A stretch of DNA of 64,000 nucleotides from a virus. Taxonomy: Duplodnaviria > Caudoviricetes. A model generated the notes under the pieces. The model saw nothing but the letters and a program-made list of their open reading frames with translations. It had not been told where the DNA came from and did no database searches. Where the stretch lies: the IMG/VR virus record IMGVR_UViG_2831987924_000001; one strand, given 5' to 3'. Positions 10,976 to 19,617 of the stretch are shown here, one piece after another. Position numbers and translations under genes: made by a program. The stretch's first letter is position 1; each line of letters begins with the position of its first letter.

Positions 10976-11182
10976 TTATGTAGTTTTATGCTTTTTCAAG
11001 TATTCGTTTTCATTAAGAAGGTAGCGAATAGTATTAATTAACGTCAACGATTTTTCTTCAATAAGTTTGCGAATGTGTTCATCTTGTATATATCTAAATG
11101 GATCGGTTAGTTCGAGAAAGAAAGTTTCAATTTTAGCTAATTCTTTACGGTCAGTGATGATTTTTGTTTCCATTGCACACAC
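10976..11182 (-). CDS. small hypothetical protein
   Basis: 68-aa ORF, AAGGAG RBS. Confidence 0.6.
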   Translation of the reverse strand: MCAMETKIITDRKELAKIETFFLELTDPFRYIQDEHIRKLIEEKSLTLINTIRYLLNENEYLKKHKTT

Positions 11183-11284
11183 TCCTTTTAAAATGGCTAG
11201 TGATTTTAGAAAGTTTCTGTTATGTTAGATTTTCAAAAATAAGCCAGTGATTCAGAAGTTTGTCTGTTATGATAAAAAATGACA

Positions 11285-11740
11285 TTAATCTATTTTATAA
11301 ATCGTTACTTCATAATCTGCAAAAGCCTTATTTATTAAATTCCATACAATGTTCCAATCACCTCCAGCAAATCCACAGCCTAAACCATGAGGTAAAGCGA
11401 CAGTTAAATTATGTTTCTTTGCTTTCTGTTTAAGTGTTTCGAGTGCTTGAAATAGATGTTCATAATTCGTATATCTTTGACCTCTGCCATAATTAAATTG
11501 ACCGAACAAATTAGCAACATATTTATTTTCATTAACCTTTATTACTTGTACTGTACCTAGTAATATTTCTTTGTTGCTGTTATGCATGTTTACTAGCTGC
11601 TTATATTTTTCAAACACAATAGGATGTTTATTTCTAATCTTTGCTGCCAATCCAAAACCTATTACGCCCTGACAGTTGACTTGGTGTCATATGATGTTTT
11701 CGGTTGCTTGTAATAAGTCGCCTTTTACTTCTTTGATCAT
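11285..11740 (-). pseudogene. macrodomain (Appr-1''-p processing, Poa1p/DarG-like) gene with in-frame TGA at codon 18
   Basis: GGGAGG RBS; reads MIKEVKGDLLQATENII*HQVNCQGVIGFGLA...VALPHGLGCGFAGGDW; TGA at 11687-11689. Confidence 0.85.
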
Positions 11741-12164
11741 TTTTTAACCTCCCAATAAAACATGGATTTTATTTAAAGTTTAAAGCATTTTAAATGCTTT
11801 TAGAAGCAAGTACATGAAACATTCATACTTAAAATAAGCCCATGATATTCTGTGAATCCTATTATTAAAGTTTACAAAAAATGACTGACAATATTTTCAT
11901 TGTGATGTTATGTTGAAAAGTGAGAACGAAAAACGTTTTAAGTAAAAGTCGCCATGATTTTTAAATCTCGCTGTTATGTTAAAAAAGTTAGTACGAAAAA
12001 CGAACACGGCTTAAAATATCGTAGCAACCTTCTTTGCTGCCTGTTATGTGGAAACGTCAATTTTAAGGCATAGGATGGCGTTTATGCGTTCGATTTAATT
12101 TGTAAATATTATTATATTTTCACACATAAACGCCATATAAGCCCGTTCGCCAGTAGTGGCGCTG

Positions 12165-15100
12165 TTATGATACTTTTTGACTTTCTTTATCCTGTTGCAC
12201 TAAATAAGCTATATATCGTTTTGCATCCTCTAATTTATCGGTTGACTTCATTTCATGAATTTCTCGATTGCCTTTAAATATTCTAAAACATCCCCACAAA
12301 CGAGCTGTCCAATAGTCCCCGTACATATAGACACGTTTACGCTCTTTATAGCCCATGTATTCGATTTCTTTTGTCATGACTGTAAATGTAAGTTCATTTT
12401 TTACACTCTCAACAGCTTCCTTTATACGTTGCTCTTTTTCTTTCTGTATTTCGTTCTTTGCTCTGTTAATAGTTGCATCTATTTGCTTTGTTAGTTCTAC
12501 GGACTCCTGTATTAACTTATCATATCGGCTTAGCGCTTTGTCATATTTGCGCTTATTTAAATTTCCGCGCCCGGTCACTGCCCACGATGGGTTCTCACTA
12601 CGATGACGCAATATTTTCACATAGTTGTCAAAATAACGCTTTTTAAATGACTGAAGGGACTTTTTAAGATAATACTTTATGCGCTCGTTGTCGGTTTGTT
12701 CTAGTAAGTCAATGACCTTGCTGTTATATTGAGTAAATAATTCTTGTATTTCCTTTGTGTGATCTCGTTTTTGAGTTCGAAAAATCCAACTTGCCGCATG
12801 TTCAGCTTCTTGTAGACGTTCATCAATGACATAAGTGTCTATATCGTCAATATTAATATCTGGATATGCTTCCCGTTCGCCTACATCTTGGCTGTTATGT
12901 GTATCGTATGAATGAATTAATACATAATCATTTAAAATGTCGCTGTCATATCCTTTGCCAATTTCTTCACCATTAGCACGAATAAGGAAATAAAACGGTT
13001 TTTGTTCGTCTAAATTGGTATTAATACACTCCAATAGTATAGAATCGCTATTTTTAGCTTTAAATAAGCATAAAGGCATTACATTATCCTTTTCTAGACG
13101 TTTTGACAATGTTTTTCGCTGTTCGTCTGTTAGTTCACTGTTATATGAATCAGACAGGAGCGACTGAACAAAATTAAGTCGCTCGTTTGTCTTTTTAGCA
13201 TACCAAAAACCTTGACGTGACCATTTGAAGCCGTATTGTTTCAATTGCTCCCGAATAGCTTCGCTTGGCTTTTCGGAAAAATAAAGTTCTATGCCGTTCT
13301 TTTCATCGTTGATTTTATAGGATACTTGTAGCGTTGTCGCTTGTTCGCTGTTATTGAGTATTTTGGCTTGTAAGTCTTCTAGTGATTCGTTTGCAGGCAT
13401 GTTATTGAGTTTTTTGGCTTCTTCTTGCATTGTGTCATGGTTCATTATGTCATGGTTGCTTTGTTCTTGTAAAATGCCTAGCTCGTGCATGTTGTTGCTG
13501 TTATTGAATTTTTGGGCTTCTTGTATAGTATCATTTACAGCTTTTTCTTTTTGTTCGTTGCCTAGCTTCTGTATGGTGTCGCTGTTATTGGTAAATTCAT
13601 GTAATAACTTAATACCATACACATGACGATCATAATAATCTAACTCATGACTAGAAAAGGCAAAAGAACCATCGAGAAGGAAAGACATATATAGGTCTTT
13701 GCCTTCATTCGTTTTCACATGTAAAACGGCTTGCTTTGCTTCATTTTGACGCTGATAGACAGCTACAAAGGTAAATTTGTCATTGTCTTTGTGACGGTTT
13801 AGAATCTCATTAATTTTAGCGTTTTGACATTCTGAAAGGTCTTCATGATAAAATAATACTTCTTGAAGCGGTTGTTCTTCTTCTGCTACTATTGCAGCTA
13901 TTTCGCTATTTCCCGCGCTGTTATTGCGTTCGCCCGACTGATCGCTTGGATCAGTCGGGCTTTTTGGTGTTTCATCATCATAGAGCATGTAAGTATCAAG
14001 AAAGTTTTTCCATGATTCACGGTCTGATTTTAAAGCGTTTAGATAGCTTTCATATTGTTCTTGTGTCCAGCTATAAGGTTTTTTCATTCCTGCCATTGTT
14101 AAAGCAAAGTTTTCAATATGCTCGGACAGTGGTGCGCTTTTGTATAAATCGCTTGCTTGTACATCAATACGTCCTTCGTATTTTCCACCGTCTTCCCATT
14201 CGACGCGGAAAGCTGTTTTGTCATATCCACCAGTGTCTTTTCTAAAAGCTATATCTTTTATAATTTTGTTAGCTTCTTCCCATGTTGTAACGGTTGTGTC
14301 GTCTTTAATTACTGGTGATTCAGACCATAAAAATGTAATTGATTTTACTTTAATTTTTTGCGTTTGTTCTTTTTCAGTTTGTAACCGTTCTTTTGCTTGT
14401 TGCGTGTTATCGTGTTCCGATTCGGTTACATATTCGGACTTTAGGATATTAAAAAGTTCGCTATTTTGTAAAGCATTAACGGCATTGTAAACGTCAATAG
14501 GTTGCACAAATGAATATTTGTTATTCTCTTTGACGTCATAGTAGGCATTTTGCAAAGTAACGATATAAGGTTTCAAGTCTGTCATACGCAGAGCGTCATT
14601 AAACGGTCTATTTGTTGCGATTAAATCAATAAGTGATTTATGGGCATTGTAAGCGTCCGCTAATGTTTCGACTTGTTGTGGATCTTGTTGCTCTTCCGAC
14701 TGTTCCGCTACTTCTTCCATTTGTTCTTTTGCCTCACCTGCTAACATTTTCGCGAATTGTAAACGATCAGCAGTTTGTTTTGCATACCATATTTTTTTGT
14801 ATTTACTCCAGCGAAAACCTTGCGCCTTTAGCTCGTTTCTTACTTCTTCACTTGGTATGCTTGTAAAAGAAATTTCGATGCCGTTTAATTGTTCGTTTAG
14901 TGTGTATTTAGCTTGTGCTTCTGAATGTCGCGGCTCTTGTTGGGCTTCTTTTGGTTGTTTCGGCTGTTCTTGTTGAGCTTCTTTTTGGCTCTCAAGTGCT
15001 TCTAAATACTCTAAATACATTTTTTCGGCTGTTTCGTTAAATGCTCTATAATAGCAAGCGCGGTCATTTAAATAAGATTCACCATAATTTGCGCGGACTT

Positions 15101-15371
15101 CCGTTTCAATTTTGTTTTTTAGTTCGTTAGTCCATTCTTGACGAGTGAAAACGAATAAATTACCACCTGACAGAATTTCACCTGTTACTTCGCAACGTTG
15201 CACTTGTTCATATTTTGAAATGACTTCTTCGACGGCTTTTTCTGTAGGGAAATTGGTCCATCTAACATTGATCGAGCCGGAACGTTCGCAACGTACAGAA
15301 AACTTTGTAAAAGGAAATTTTTCTTTTAACTCTTGACGGATTTTTTTAGCTGTTTCTTTTGTGTTCATCAT
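12165..15371 (-). CDS. large polyvalent protein (LPD29-like N-terminus, LPD25-like domain, duplicated NGIE...GF-WS...WYAK domain)
   Basis: 1068 aa; KETAKKIRQELK...KFSVR...SINVRW; WSES...GYDKT-F...YEGRID; internal repeat. Confidence 0.75.
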   Translation of the reverse strand: MMNTKETAKKIRQELKEKFPFTKFSVRCERSGSINVRWTNFPTEKAVEEVISKYEQVQRCEVTGEILSGGNLFVFTRQEWTNELKNKIETEVRANYGESYLNDRACYYRAFNETAEKMYLEYLEALESQKEAQQEQPKQPKEAQQEPRHSEAQAKYTLNEQLNGIEISFTSIPSEEVRNELKAQGFRWSKYKKIWYAKQTADRLQFAKMLAGEAKEQMEEVAEQSEEQQDPQQVETLADAYNAHKSLIDLIATNRPFNDALRMTDLKPYIVTLQNAYYDVKENNKYSFVQPIDVYNAVNALQNSELFNILKSEYVTESEHDNTQQAKERLQTEKEQTQKIKVKSITFLWSESPVIKDDTTVTTWEEANKIIKDIAFRKDTGGYDKTAFRVEWEDGGKYEGRIDVQASDLYKSAPLSEHIENFALTMAGMKKPYSWTQEQYESYLNALKSDRESWKNFLDTYMLYDDETPKSPTDPSDQSGERNNSAGNSEIAAIVAEEEQPLQEVLFYHEDLSECQNAKINEILNRHKDNDKFTFVAVYQRQNEAKQAVLHVKTNEGKDLYMSFLLDGSFAFSSHELDYYDRHVYGIKLLHEFTNNSDTIQKLGNEQKEKAVNDTIQEAQKFNNSNNMHELGILQEQSNHDIMNHDTMQEEAKKLNNMPANESLEDLQAKILNNSEQATTLQVSYKINDEKNGIELYFSEKPSEAIREQLKQYGFKWSRQGFWYAKKTNERLNFVQSLLSDSYNSELTDEQRKTLSKRLEKDNVMPLCLFKAKNSDSILLECINTNLDEQKPFYFLIRANGEEIGKGYDSDILNDYVLIHSYDTHNSQDVGEREAYPDINIDDIDTYVIDERLQEAEHAASWIFRTQKRDHTKEIQELFTQYNSKVIDLLEQTDNERIKYYLKKSLQSFKKRYFDNYVKILRHRSENPSWAVTGRGNLNKRKYDKALSRYDKLIQESVELTKQIDATINRAKNEIQKEKEQRIKEAVESVKNELTFTVMTKEIEYMGYKERKRVYMYGDYWTARLWGCFRIFKGNREIHEMKSTDKLEDAKRYIAYLVQQDKESQKVS

Positions 15372-15410
15372 AATTAACTACCTCCATATAATTTATTATA
15401 ATTTACTTAA

Positions 15411-15439
15411 ATTATATCATGGTCATTTAATAAAATCAA
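15411..15439 (-). promoter_or_regulatory. sigma-A-type promoter for the polyvalent protein gene
   Basis: TTGATT-17-TATAAT. Confidence 0.7.
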
Positions 15440-15467
15440 CTTTTTATATAAAACAAAAGCCCACTCT

Positions 15468-15692
15468 TTAAGAGTGGACAGTGTACGGGATAGCGTAGTT
15501 ATTTGCAATCATTTTAATACCTCTTGCTTCTTCTTGCGTTTTTGGGTAAACGGTTAATGTTTGACGATCTCCTTTTATGCTTAAATATCCATATCCTTCC
15601 CTAATCTCTTTTAGACCTTCTCTCACATTGTTGCGCCAAATTTTAAACTCCTTGTCATTGTTACGTTTAATTTTTTTAAGTACGATCATCAT
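15468..15692 (-). CDS. small hypothetical protein
   Basis: 74-aa ORF, AAGGAG RBS, own promoter. Confidence 0.7.
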   Translation of the reverse strand: MMIVLKKIKRNNDKEFKIWRNNVREGLKEIREGYGYLSIKGDRQTLTVYPKTQEEARGIKMIANNYAIPYTVHS

Positions 15693-15733
15693 TTAAACCA
15701 TCTCCTTTATTATTATATTTTCCCTACAAGTAC

Positions 15734-15762
15734 ATTATAAACCTGCTAATTACTAAAGTCAA
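15734..15762 (-). promoter_or_regulatory. sigma-A-type promoter
   Basis: TTGACT-17-TATAAT. Confidence 0.75.
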
Positions 15763-16026
15763 CGACTAAATTATAAAAGTAACATCGTTTTCAACGCACA
15801 TAAACGGCTTATTTTCGCATTTTGCAGCGTTTAAATGGTATAGCATTAGGGTACTATCTAAAACGCAAAATTGGGCGATTTTAAGCGTATGGGAGCGTGT
15901 GAAGTGGATAGGTGAAGGGAAACAAAATGATTGGCTGAATGTGAAAAAATAATAAAAGCAACCTTCTACCATATTGGCAAAAGGTTGCTCGTTATGGTGG
16001 GAATATGTACATTGTATCAGCTCCAG

Positions 16027-16257
16027 TCATACGATTAGGAAGTATTCTTTCAAGCGATGTTTAGCAAGTAACCGATCTATAACTGGCTCTACTTCTTCCG
16101 CATAGGCAAGCTCCTTAATTTCATCATCGGTTAGGTTTGGGTAGACTTCATTTATTAAAAATTCGTATGCTTCTTTTAGTTCCTCGCGCTCCTTTTTAAT
16201 TGCGTAATATGATGAAAAGTTATAGATGATCGCCATTTTTATTACCTCACTTTCCAT
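16027..16257 (-). CDS. small hypothetical protein
   Basis: ORF with GAGG RBS and a TTGATT-17-TATAAT promoter at 16276-16304. Confidence 0.65.
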   Translation of the reverse strand: MESEVIKMAIIYNFSSYYAIKKEREELKEAYEFLINEVYPNLTDDEIKELAYAEEVEPVIDRLLAKHRLKEYFLIV

Positions 16258-16344
16258 ATTATATTTTTCAATATTATTATATTGTTTTCCATTTCAAAAA
16301 TCAACCATTTTTTATATTTTGATACAAAAAATTAACCGATCTTT

Positions 16345-16539
16345 TTATGATCGGTCGAGAATTCCTTGCTTAATATTGTTAATCCAGTCCTCAACATCTA
16401 AATATAAATCATCGAATGATTTTTCAAACGGATACCATTCGGCGAATAAATCAGCGTCAATGTTTTCGCTTTCGACTTCCTCCATTAATTGTAACCATGC
16501 TTTTTTAAAGTTTTCTAATGCTTGTAATGTATGGTTCAA
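16345..16539 (-). CDS. small acidic hypothetical protein
   Basis: 64-aa ORF, AAGGAG RBS. Confidence 0.6.
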   Translation of the reverse strand: MNHTLQALENFKKAWLQLMEEVESENIDADLFAEWYPFEKSFDDLYLDVEDWINNIKQGILDRS

Positions 16540-16607
16540 TTTTATTCACTCCTTTTTTATATAAAATCGTGTTTTTATCGTACCTATGAGGGATTAAAAC
16601 TCGGGAT

Positions 16608-16910
16608 TCACTGACGCAATCGGTCACTCCAAAACAGTAAACGTTCTTTCCACAAATCTTTATCGCAAACTCGCAAAGTATTGTTTTTGTCATAGTAGGC
16701 GACAATGTCGCCCATGTCGAGGGCAACATCCCAAATATTGTCATTGTTATTCCAATTGATTTCCCATCCTCCTTCCCAGTCCGAGAAATCATCATTAAGA
16801 GATGAAGCGTTAAGAAAGCAATATAAAGTTCGTTCATCAACCGGAAAAACTCCTTTTTCCGTGATAACCGCATCATAAGCTCCCGTATGGACATAAATTG
16901 CTTGATACAT
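16608..16910 (-). CDS. acidic hypothetical protein
   Basis: 100-aa ORF, AAGGAG RBS. Confidence 0.7.
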   Translation of the reverse strand: MYQAIYVHTGAYDAVITEKGVFPVDERTLYCFLNASSLNDDFSDWEGGWEINWNNNDNIWDVALDMGDIVAYYDKNNTLRVCDKDLWKERLLFWSDRLRQ

Positions 16911-17022
16911 GTTATCATCTCCTTTTTTTAAATTGTAATAAAATCAATGTCTAAAACACTTTTTAGACACTCATTTTATTACAATTCGCTTGCAGGGAAT
17001 TCAATCCCTGCAAGCTATGGAA

Positions 17023-17277
17023 TTATTGCATAACTATGCTTGTCACATACTTATAATAAACATTGTTATATTCATCTGTTTTTTCTTCAAACAGATGAGC
17101 AAACTTTTTCCCGTGTGCTTTCGCTTCTTCTCTTGCTTCGTCAGTGTCTTCGACAATTTGATAATAGAGCTCTGCTCCTTCTTCAATTCGATCAACGGCG
17201 AATTGTGAATTATAAGTGTAGATTGCGAACATTTTAAACACTCCTTTTTTTAATTTATTTTTTTTGGGATCACTCAC
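17023..17277 (-). CDS. small acidic hypothetical protein (true start probably MFAIY)
   Basis: AAGGAG RBS before the internal Met. Confidence 0.6.
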   Translation of the reverse strand: MSDPKKNKLKKGVFKMFAIYTYNSQFAVDRIEEGAELYYQIVEDTDEAREEAKAHGKKFAHLFEEKTDEYNNVYYKYVTSIVMQ

Positions 17278-17356
17278 CTTATCGTCGGCACAAGCTCCCT
17301 TATGCCGACTGTAAGAGAAGCGATCATTTTTAAAAGTGCACGTCTACCAGCAACGG

Positions 17357-17815
17357 TCAGCGATCAGTATAATCAATGATCACATACTCATCCGGTCGAT
17401 ATTCAACTGTGATGGGACGGATGCGGACGTGCAAGCTTGTCGGTGTGTATTCATCCGTATAGACGATGCCATCGTATTCTTCACCGTCCCAAGCGTCATG
17501 AGACAACCCGACAAGCTCCCCTGTCCGCTGGGAGCGGATAAGCCGGACATCGCGGAACGGTGAGCGGATTTCAAACCATTCTGCCAATTCGTTCGGGAAA
17601 CCCAATTCTTCCCATAGTTCGACTACCGCGTCGAAATCATCTTCTTCTGCTGGAAAATTCGCCGGATTGTCGTTCAATCCACACCAGACGAAATCAGCTG
17701 TCCGGTTCTCAAAGTCGATAGTCACGTATACAACGTCGTCGCCGCGGACTTGATCAAGCCGGTCGGCTTCGGCTTCAAAGTATTTGCGAGCATCAACAGA
17801 AAATTGGACTTTCAT
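17357..17815 (-). CDS. acidic hypothetical protein, GC-richer than its surroundings
   Basis: 152-aa ORF, GGAGG RBS. Confidence 0.75.
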   Translation of the reverse strand: MKVQFSVDARKYFEAEADRLDQVRGDDVVYVTIDFENRTADFVWCGLNDNPANFPAEEDDFDAVVELWEELGFPNELAEWFEIRSPFRDVRLIRSQRTGELVGLSHDAWDGEEYDGIVYTDEYTPTSLHVRIRPITVEYRPDEYVIIDYTDR

Positions 17816-17905
17816 AACTTTCTACCTCCATTCATCGTTCCCAAAAATGCTTCCATTTTTAAATTTCCCCTTTCGATTTTTAATTTTTTTAACCTTTCTG
17901 ATTAT

Positions 17906-17934
17906 AGTATATCACCATTTTATTTAGCTGTCAA
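17906..17934 (-). promoter_or_regulatory. sigma-A-type promoter
   Basis: TTGACA-17-TATACT. Confidence 0.75.
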
Positions 17935-17984
17935 CAATATTTTTTATTATATTTTAGTCGAATTGATCTCATGAAATACTGATT

Positions 17985-18401
17985 TTATTTAGAGTTATGA
18001 AAATCAATAAATTCATTTAACTTGTATATTGACCATTTATAACAATCTGTTAATTTTTGATATTTGTCATGCATACTACACATGTTGTTAATATCTTCAT
18101 TTTCTAATTTTAATAAATCTGTTTCAAGTTCTTTTGCATCCTTATACCAGTCCAAATAAATAATAGAGCATCTAATATAATAATCACCTTCATAATGTTT
18201 AAATAAATGTAATTCCGGTAAATTTCTTTTGATCAACTTAACGGTTAACAATGTATCAGTGATTCTATAAAATTCATTTGCTGAAATCGTAAATAATTCA
18301 TTAAAGTTTGTGATTTCTTTAAATTTAGGCTTAAATGTTGGATTATCAAAAATAGTCATCCCGTTTTTCGTGTAGTTAAATGAAAATATTGCACTTAGCA
18401 T
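17985..18401 (-). CDS. hypothetical protein
   Basis: 138-aa ORF, AGGAGG RBS. Confidence 0.7.
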   Translation of the reverse strand: MLSAIFSFNYTKNGMTIFDNPTFKPKFKEITNFNELFTISANEFYRITDTLLTVKLIKRNLPELHLFKHYEGDYYIRCSIIYLDWYKDAKELETDLLKLENEDINNMCSMHDKYQKLTDCYKWSIYKLNEFIDFHNSK

Positions 18402-18494
18402 TGTGAAGACCTCCTATAAAATCATTTTAAAGTTGATAAATTTAGTTAGGTTGCAGGTGTTCGGCTGTTATTGTGAACACCTGCAGAAATGGTG

Positions 18495-18707
18495 TCACAT
18501 CATCACCGCTTGATCTTGCAACGCATAGAATTTCTCTTTGTCAAAGCCATATTCGCGTTTAAGTCTGTTATACAGCTTATTCATTTTATAAGTGTATTCT
18601 TGCTGCTTTCGCTCCTGCTTCTCAAAGTGTTCAATTGTGCCATCCCATTGATATTCTTGCAATTCATCCATCCATTTTCTAATAAGTAAAGCGTAGACTT
18701 TCATCAT
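18495..18707 (-). CDS. small hypothetical protein
   Basis: 70-aa ORF, AAGGAG RBS. Confidence 0.65.
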   Translation of the reverse strand: MMKVYALLIRKWMDELQEYQWDGTIEHFEKQERKQQEYTYKMNKLYNRLKREYGFDKEKFYALQDQAVMM

Positions 18708-18963
18708 TAATGATCATCTCCTTTTTTTAATGCTTTAAGTATTAAAACAGAATCATGTCGCCGTATTGCTGTTTATATGCTTCGTATTCATCCGGCATAA
18801 TTGAGTAGCATTTTTCCATTTTTACCTTAATGCCTAGACCATTGATCATTTTGTCAATGTAAGCATTCATTTCCTTTTTGTCATCCCATTGTGATACGTT
18901 GATAATAATCATTCTAAACACTCCTTTTTATAATTTTCTTTAAAAGTAATATTTTATCGGCTT

Positions 18964-19026
18964 GCCATCGTCAGGTAGCAAGTTGCCATCTTGCTACGAC
19001 AAGGGAATAACTTCCCTTGTTTCGGC
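18964..19026 (-). ncRNA. hammerhead ribozyme, type II
   Basis: minus strand reads GCC-GAAAC-AAGGGAA(gtta)TTCCCTT-GTC^-GTAGCAAG(atggcaa)CTTGCTAC-CTGACGA-T-GGC; full catalytic core present. Confidence 0.85.
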
Positions 19027-19191
19027 TTATTCTTCGAAAAATTCATCGAGTAAACGATCAAATTCATATATATTAAATTCATGCATATTAATTTGATTAA
19101 CCATTTCACCAGTCATTTCCTCTTTGTCACGAACGAATTCTTCTACACGGTCAGAAATCGAAAAGTTTAAACGTGTAAATTCTTTTTTCAT
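19027..19191 (-). CDS. small acidic hypothetical protein (MKKEFTRLNF...), not in the ORF track
   Basis: AAGGAGG RBS; its stop codon directly precedes the hammerhead. Confidence 0.6.
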   Translation of the reverse strand: MKKEFTRLNFSISDRVEEFVRDKEEMTGEMVNQINMHEFNIYEFDRLLDEFFEE

Positions 19192-19220
19192 TTTTTCATT
19201 TCCTCCTTATAATTTTTAAT

Positions 19221-19340
19221 AAAAACCAAACAACAGCCAGCAAACTGTCGTCGCGTGACCGTCACATGTATTATGGTGCTGCTCCCTCTTTCGAGATCGT
19301 CGCCAGCTCCGCTCGGTTTATTGGCTCTTGTTTAGTTTTT
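19221..19340 (-). ncRNA. unidentified structured 5'-leader RNA
   Basis: long closing stem AAAAACTAAACAA-GAGCCA / TGGCTG-TTGTTTGGTTTTT enclosing a GC-rich core with a GAAA tetraloop; begins just after a promoter. Confidence 0.45.
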
Positions 19341-19359
19341 ATTGCCTTATCTGATTATT

Positions 19360-19388
19360 ATTATACAGGTGATTAGGTGATAAGTCAA
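19360..19388 (-). promoter_or_regulatory. sigma-A-type promoter (extended -10)
   Basis: TTGACT-17-TATAAT. Confidence 0.75.
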
Positions 19389-19617
19389 TAGTTTTTTATA
19401 TTTTAGTTAGATTTTTTGAATAGATCAAAGCAATAAAAAATGACTAGCGGTCAGCTAGTCTTTAAATAATCCATCATTGCAATATATGCTATTGCGTCAG
19501 CATCTTGCAGGCTTTCACCTGCTTCTATGCATGCCTTGTATACAATGTTAGAAGCTTGTTGCATCGTTGATCCTGTTTCCATCGCTTCCATAAAGATTTT
19601 CAGCGCTTTTTCGTGTG

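Noticed and set aside
12255-15336. Plus-strand ORFs inside the polyvalent gene, and similar antisense ORFs in recD2, HU, portal and tail genes
   Set aside because: Antisense shadows of real genes, without RBS and with atypical composition.
19270-19310. SRP RNA-like helix (GAAA loop ...GGAGCAGC)
   Set aside because: Lacks the CAGG strand of the SRP symmetric loop; kept only as an unidentified structured RNA.
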